A stretch of 64,000 bases of DNA, from assembly GCA_963722255.1 (NCBI GenBank), contig CAVRJO010000001.1, positions 800,001 through 864,000 on the forward strand, read 5' to 3'. A model generated the notes under the pieces. It was not told where the DNA came from, made no database searches, and saw only the letters and a program-made list of their open reading frames with translations. The position numbers and the translations under genes are program-made. This document shows positions 58,653-64,000 of the stretch, piece after piece (position 1 is the stretch's first letter; each line of letters begins with the position of its first letter). The stretch is from Candidatus Babeliales bacterium (lineage in GTDB: Bacteria > Babelota > Babeliae > Babelales > JANWKD01).

Positions 58653-61474
58653 CCGACAACCTCCTTAGTTTCCGGTAAAAAATCTGTGATCGACTGTTTC
58701 CTTTTGAGCGTTTTCTGATTTTTAAGCTTTGCTTGTGCGATTGAAGCTATTTTTGTTTCATCAGGAGAACCATTTTGTTTATTAGTAGTACAAAGAGGTA
58801 TACATTCTGTAGTAGCTCGCTTTCTAATTGGTGCATATTCACTTTCAGGACATTGGCTGATTGGTTGGCATGGACGAGGATTTTCAGGTTCACAAAGTTG
58901 TGTTACATGATCATCCGGCCCTGGAGGACAACAGCGACATCCTCCAATACAATCGGCGTAATTATTTGGACACACAAGAGGAGGACATATTGCTGCCATC
59001 TGCGCAGCGATAGAATCTTCTTCATATTCCTGGCCCGTACGGCAGTTGTATGCAAGTGGCATTGAGCAAGCGCTTACATTATTGATATAGTTTTCAACGA
59101 TTTCTGTATTTTCGCATGGCGTATCTTTGAAGAACCAACGATGAATAGGATCTCGCTGTTCAGAACAATCCTTCATAGAGCACATAACGTCTTCAGCTTC
59201 CGAAGCTTTCTTTTCAGTGTATGCGCTCATCCCACCTTGAGGACGTGGTTGAACTATTTGTGGAGAAATAAAAATAATTAAATTGTCTTTTAATTTATTT
59301 TTATACTTATTTTTAAAGAACCAACCGAATAATGGTATGCGTTGCAAAAGTGGCACACCATTCTGAAGCTCGTTAATATTGTCTTGTATAAGTCCACCAA
59401 TTGCTAAAATCTCATTGTTGGCCATATTTGCATTAGTTTTAACCGTTTTTGTATCTTTAGTAGGGTTTATTGCATCGGCATTAGTGAAGGTATCAAGACT
59501 TATTTCAATAGCAAGATTAATAATGCCGCTGCTGTTTATTTGCGGTGTGATAGCAACCGAAAGATTAGCCGATACGTCGCCAAGAGTATTCTGAACAGGT
59601 CCTGCACCGGTTACTGTTCCCGTAGCAACACGACGGGTTTCACCAACAGAAACTTGCGCTGTGTATTTATTGGTGGTTGTTAAAAATGGATGCGATACAA
59701 CGCTGGTATACGCATAGGTTTCAAGCGCTTGAAAGAGCGCCCAAACGCCACCAACTAAGCTGCTGCCTATTGAAATTAATGTTGTCCCGGGGTTAAATCC
59801 TGTTGCTAAACTAACCAGATTGCCCATGAGGCCCCCCGCAGGATCAGTAACGATCGAAGTCTGAAGTCCAGGAACGCCTAAGCCAGAGGTTTGAAATGCA
59901 ATATTATCAGTAATTCCAAGTGTGTCTAAACGCTTATTGCGAATTTGTGTTCCAAGAGATTTAATTTTGTTAACAGCAACATTAACAATGAGTACTTCAA
60001 TCGCAACCTGCGGTTGTTTTACGTCCAATTTTTTTATGATTTCTTCTACTTTTAAGTAATCATCTTTTTCTGCTTTGATTAACAGTTTATTTCCCGAAGG
60101 TTCAGCGATAAAGGTCATTGGGCGCAAAAATTTATCTCCATCAAGAACTCCACCATATTTAGCTGCAACACTGCCTGGTGCAAAATTTGTAACTTTGCTT
60201 AAAATTGCAGCCATATTTTCAGCATTCGCATATTGCAATTTATAAACATAAAGAGGCGAATAAGGCTGCTTGAGGGAAGTGTCAACATATTCAAGAATGA
60301 AATTTTCAACTTTTTCTATACCTTCTCTAGTTCCCAAAATGATTAAGGCATTTCCACGAGGCTCAGCAAATAATCGAGTATCTTCAGGAAAATAGATGGA
60401 TGTTGATTGCTTTTTTTGACCAAAGAGCCTTGTTGCTATGGTAGATTTTTCTTCGGTAGATACGAGATTATCATAGAGTGCTACGACATCTTGGGCGTTT
60501 GCATGTTTTAGTTTTAAAACAGACATACCTTCTGGCATGCTAACGCTATCAAGTTCTGAAATGATTGACATGAGGGAACGAATATTGGCTGCTTTATCGG
60601 TAAAAATTATCGCATTTAAGGCATTGAAAGTTTGAACAATTGCTGTTTTGCTTTTAAGATCTTGAACGAGATTGGCAAGGTTTGCAGCAGGACCATTTTC
60701 AACAAAATAGACGTAGCGAATTTTAGTATCATTGTTTGGCAATAATTTCCAATTTATTCCAACAAATGCAGGCAAAGCTGCTTGATTTGCAATATCTAAG
60801 GGAACTACATTGTATGAGTCGGGAAAATTATTGGTAAAATGAGTAGGTACGAGCGTTAATCCAAAAAGATCAAGAAAGTTTAAGAAAAGATCCCAAACAT
60901 TTCGTTTGCTCATGGGCTCATGTGTTCTATACGTTATTAGGTTTCCTGCGACTTTTCCTGCCACAGGTGGATTGATTGCATCACCGGTAAGAAATTTAAC
61001 TTTAAAAATAGATTCGACCCACCCAAGAAGATTGAGAAGCTCTGTTTTATCAAGATTAACCGATATAGTTTTTTCTGAAGGATTAAATGCTTCAAAAGGC
61101 ATAAGAGATGAAGGGTTTCTTAACAAATGCTCTTCAGTATCTTCTCGCGATTTAAATGATGAAGCAAGATCTTGTTGTGAGATTGAAATGTTTTTGGGAA
61201 TGTCCATTTCATTTGGGACTTTATCTATTTTTTTGGGTTGAGCAGTTTGTGGTAATGGATCTTCAAAGCCTTTATTGTTTCGCTGTAATCGTTCTTGCTT
61301 TGAAACTCTTCTTTTTTTAACGCGACCATTATCTTTTGTGGAACCTGATGAAGATAACGTAGGTTCTGATGCCATAGTGTTGTTCATCGTAGGCAAACAG
61401 AGAAAAATAAGCACCAAGAATGTATTGCCAAGAGCTTTATAATAATTTCTAACGTTCATGTATCTTTTCCACAT
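58649..61474 (-). CDS. gspD: Type II secretion secretin (GspD-like), copy 1, with Cys-rich C-terminal extension
   Basis: LKHANAQ, LQYANAE, LDVKQPQVAIEVLIV, LAIGGLI, VPLLQRIPLFGWFFK, NLIIFISPQIV. Confidence 0.88.
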   Translation of the reverse strand: MWKRYMNVRNYYKALGNTFLVLIFLCLPTMNNTMASEPTLSSSGSTKDNGRVKKRRVSKQERLQRNNKGFEDPLPQTAQPKKIDKVPNEMDIPKNISISQQDLASSFKSREDTEEHLLRNPSSLMPFEAFNPSEKTISVNLDKTELLNLLGWVESIFKVKFLTGDAINPPVAGKVAGNLITYRTHEPMSKRNVWDLFLNFLDLFGLTLVPTHFTNNFPDSYNVVPLDIANQAALPAFVGINWKLLPNNDTKIRYVYFVENGPAANLANLVQDLKSKTAIVQTFNALNAIIFTDKAANIRSLMSIISELDSVSMPEGMSVLKLKHANAQDVVALYDNLVSTEEKSTIATRLFGQKKQSTSIYFPEDTRLFAEPRGNALIILGTREGIEKVENFILEYVDTSLKQPYSPLYVYKLQYANAENMAAILSKVTNFAPGSVAAKYGGVLDGDKFLRPMTFIAEPSGNKLLIKAEKDDYLKVEEIIKKLDVKQPQVAIEVLIVNVAVNKIKSLGTQIRNKRLDTLGITDNIAFQTSGLGVPGLQTSIVTDPAGGLMGNLVSLATGFNPGTTLISIGSSLVGGVWALFQALETYAYTSVVSHPFLTTTNKYTAQVSVGETRRVATGTVTGAGPVQNTLGDVSANLSVAITPQINSSGIINLAIEISLDTFTNADAINPTKDTKTVKTNANMANNEILAIGGLIQDNINELQNGVPLLQRIPLFGWFFKNKYKNKLKDNLIIFISPQIVQPRPQGGMSAYTEKKASEAEDVMCSMKDCSEQRDPIHRWFFKDTPCENTEIVENYINNVSACSMPLAYNCRTGQEYEEDSIAAQMAAICPPLVCPNNYADCIGGCRCCPPGPDDHVTQLCEPENPRPCQPISQCPESEYAPIRKRATTECIPLCTTNKQNGSPDETKIASIAQAKLKNQKTLKRKQSITDFLPETKEVVG

Positions 61475-62598
61475 TATGCTTGATGGTTAAGGAGCATATT
61501 TAAGTTTCTCCTGTCTCGATTTCCATAATTTACCATCTCACGTTTTTGTTGCATTTTCAACTGATCTAATGTTGGCGCAAACTGTTTTTGTTTGCGCAAG
61601 AGGTCAATTTTTTCTGCCTCTATTTCTTGTAATGATTTTTCTTTACCCAATATAGTTTGCGTTTCAACCGTTGGTTCTTCCAACTGTTGCAGTGTATACG
61701 TTATGTTTATTTCTTGTTGATTACGCAGAAGGGTTACTTCGATGGTACTTCCAAGATCCATTGAAATTATTTTTTGATAAATTTCAAAACGCGAATCAGT
61801 TGTTGTAGCGGGTATTGCATTTATTGATTCGATAATATCGCCTGTTTGCAATCCCAGAGCAATTCCAATTGTTTTTGGTTGTAACGTACCAATTCGGCAT
61901 CCAATGCTTTGTCCTTTTTTGTAAACAGTGAATAAATTGAGCGTCTCAATAAGTTCAGCTAAGTTAGGAATCGACTGAATAAATGCACGAGGATCAACAA
62001 GATAATCAAATGGCCCTTTCTTTTGAACAACAGAAGACCAATTTGCTCGTGATTGCATTTGCTGATCGATTTCAGCATCATACTGATTTACATAAAGGGT
62101 CTCTTGTTGGCCATTTGAGCGTACTAAAATAATTTTATTGGTGAAAATTCTTATGAGTTGTGCATCATCGATTCTATCACCTACGATATAGTTTTTCGTG
62201 ATTGAATTCTTACTGTCTTGAATAATGGCAATATTTTCAGATTCATCTGAAAGAGTAATTATTCCCTTAAGAACAATCTGTAAAGGTTCTAAAAACTTAG
62301 GAGGCAATGCAAGAGGGACTTTTACCGGTTGAGGAGTTGGTGGTTCAGGCATAGTAATTTTTTGAACCTCTTTTTCTTCCTCTTTTAATTCCTGTGGTTT
62401 GTATGTTTCAAAAAGATCATTGATATAAATTTTACTTAAATCAATTTTTGAAACAGCTTTTTTCGGTAATTTTATTTCCATTTTTGATGTTAAAGGTACT
62501 GGGGTAGGAACTTTTTGTTGTGAAATAAACATGAACCCTACAATCGTTATGAAAACAATAAAAAGTATATCATTAACGAGCCAAAAGGGATGTTTCAT
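61474..62598 (-). CDS. gspC: GspC-like protein with PDZ domain
   Basis: N-terminal TM, Pro-rich linker, LKGII..AII..Y.VGD.I..I...KIIL..NG..ETL, PDZ GLQTGDIIESIN. Confidence 0.8.
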   Translation of the reverse strand: MKHPFWLVNDILFIVFITIVGFMFISQQKVPTPVPLTSKMEIKLPKKAVSKIDLSKIYINDLFETYKPQELKEEEKEVQKITMPEPPTPQPVKVPLALPPKFLEPLQIVLKGIITLSDESENIAIIQDSKNSITKNYIVGDRIDDAQLIRIFTNKIILVRSNGQQETLYVNQYDAEIDQQMQSRANWSSVVQKKGPFDYLVDPRAFIQSIPNLAELIETLNLFTVYKKGQSIGCRIGTLQPKTIGIALGLQTGDIIESINAIPATTTDSRFEIYQKIISMDLGSTIEVTLLRNQQEINITYTLQQLEEPTVETQTILGKEKSLQEIEAEKIDLLRKQKQFAPTLDQLKMQQKREMVNYGNRDRRNLNMLLNHQA

Positions 62599-62727
62599 TA
62601 AGCTTTCCTTTTTTAAATTTTATTTTCAAACAATAACCTTGTTGGGTTAGGTTTGTCAAGCGGAAATTTAAGATTCTTGAGGCGTTGTCAGCTAAATGAA
62701 AAGTGAGAAAATGCATATTAATAACAC

Positions 62728-63714
62728 CTATGGCGTAGGAATGGTGTTAAGAATTATGCGAACAATATCATCCGATTCAATTGCTTGACTTTCGGCCTCG
62801 TAGGTCAGAATAATTCTATGTCTTAATATTGGCAATGCTACAGCTTTAATATCATCAGGAGTTACAAAATATCTTTTTTTCAGAAAAGCATGCGCTTGAG
62901 CCGCATTGATAAGAGCAATAGTTGCGCGCGGTGAAACACCATATTTTATCAAGTTTTTGAGTTGATTAAGATTAAATAATTCTGGGGTTCTCGTTGCAAA
63001 GACAAGCGCTATGCAATAATTATAAATTTTTTCATCAATATATATATCTTTAATAAGCCGTTGCTGAGTCAAAATTTCTTCATGAGAAATTTGCTGTGTA
63101 ATGGGCAGTTCAAGATGAGTCTTTTTAACAATCTCTTTTTCTTGTTCCATTGTTGGGTAGGTGACGAGGAGCTTAAACATGAAGCGATCGATTTGAGCTT
63201 CAGGTAGTCGATAAGTGCCTTCTTGTTCTACGGGATTTTGAGTAGCAAACACCAAAAATGGTTTTTCAAGATTAAAGGTTGTAGATCCAATAGTAACTTG
63301 TTGCTCTTGCATTGCTTCAAGAAGTGCTGCTTGCACCTTTGCCGGAGCCCGATTAATTTCATCAGCTAAAATTAAATTTGCAAAAATAGGGCCTTTTTTT
63401 GTTTCAAAATCTTGAGTTTTTTGATTATAAATTAAAGTCCCAATTAGATCTGCCGGAAGAAGATCTGGTGTAAATTGAATTCGTTTGAATGAAAGGCCCA
63501 ATGCTTTTGTTATGGCTTTAATCATAGTTGTTTTTGCAACTCCAGGAACTCCCTCAAGAAGGACATGGCCATTGCAAAGAATGCTTATAAGAATAAAGGT
63601 GATAATATCTTCATGACCAACAATAACTTTGCTTACTTCGTGAGCTATGTTGGTAAATTTTTTTTCTTCTTTAATGTGTTCTGCAAGGGTAACGCTTGAA
63701 ACATGTGCTTCCAT
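62728..63714 (-). CDS. moxR: MoxR family AAA+ ATPase
   Basis: HVLLEGVPGVAKT, RIQFTPDLLPAD, DEINRAPAKVQAALLEAM, ATQNPVEQEGTY.LPEAQ.DRF, SPRA. Confidence 0.95.
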   Translation of the reverse strand: MEAHVSSVTLAEHIKEEKKFTNIAHEVSKVIVGHEDIITFILISILCNGHVLLEGVPGVAKTTMIKAITKALGLSFKRIQFTPDLLPADLIGTLIYNQKTQDFETKKGPIFANLILADEINRAPAKVQAALLEAMQEQQVTIGSTTFNLEKPFLVFATQNPVEQEGTYRLPEAQIDRFMFKLLVTYPTMEQEKEIVKKTHLELPITQQISHEEILTQQRLIKDIYIDEKIYNYCIALVFATRTPELFNLNQLKNLIKYGVSPRATIALINAAQAHAFLKKRYFVTPDDIKAVALPILRHRIILTYEAESQAIESDDIVRIILNTIPTP

Positions 63715-63837
63715 TTTTTACCTCACAATACTAAAAATTTTATTACAAAACAGAAAAATATACATGATCATTGTACCAAGAGAGTCTCTCTTTGACAAGG
63801 AGGATATTTATAATAAAAATTATAGTAGTGAGACATG

Positions 63838-63998
63838 TTAATGTAGAAAAACTAGCTTCTCTGCATTCTTTTTGCTCTAACCAAAAGATCTTTTAAGTGA
63901 GCAGCAACTCTTTTTAATTCTTCTAATTGTGCTATGAGTTTATTTGTATTTACAGGAGTTCTTGTAGCTATGCTTCTTTTTCTTTCCTCTTCTTTACG
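63838..63998 (-). CDS. 3' end of a hypothetical protein truncated by the window edge
   Basis: Open minus frame RKEEERKRSIATRT...EKLVFLH-stop; helical, charged. Confidence 0.4.
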
Positions 63999-64000
63999 AC

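Noticed and set aside
681..63841. Numerous 60-140 aa ORFs antisense to or nested within long genes
   Set aside because: They are shadow ORFs without RBS or motifs, overlapping well-supported genes.

Overview
AT-rich bacterial chromosome segment that contains the replication origin. Eight perfect DnaA boxes plus trio-like repeats and an AT-rich unwinding element lie at about 36.96-37.24 kb, and strand composition visibly switches there. The gene content suggests an intracellular parasite of protists, most likely Candidatus Dependentiae/Babelota (TM6); this assignment is inference only. Housekeeping genes include phrB, a two-domain ddl, alr, valS, ftsL/ftsI, a class I aldolase, comEC, udg, nusA, infB, nfo, aspS and eno. 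A type II secretion-like operon with two secretins sits behind moxR, and there is an MNT-HEPN toxin-antitoxin pair. The most striking pattern is a family of about 12 orphan proteins whose Sec-type signal peptides are followed by Met at the predicted +1 position (xA/C/S/G|M-E/N/Q/K). Several of them carry eukaryotic targeting or effector modules: acidic region + NLS + C2H2 zinc fingers, a CaaX prenylation tail, a tail anchor and a Cys-string. Envelope proteins lack this Met. Other observations are two F-box-like/ankyrin paralogues, three single-base frameshifts in putative effector genes, a small gene enclosed by 27-bp inverted repeats, and two REP/RPE-like palindromic elements. No rRNA, tRNA or CRISPR array was recognised.
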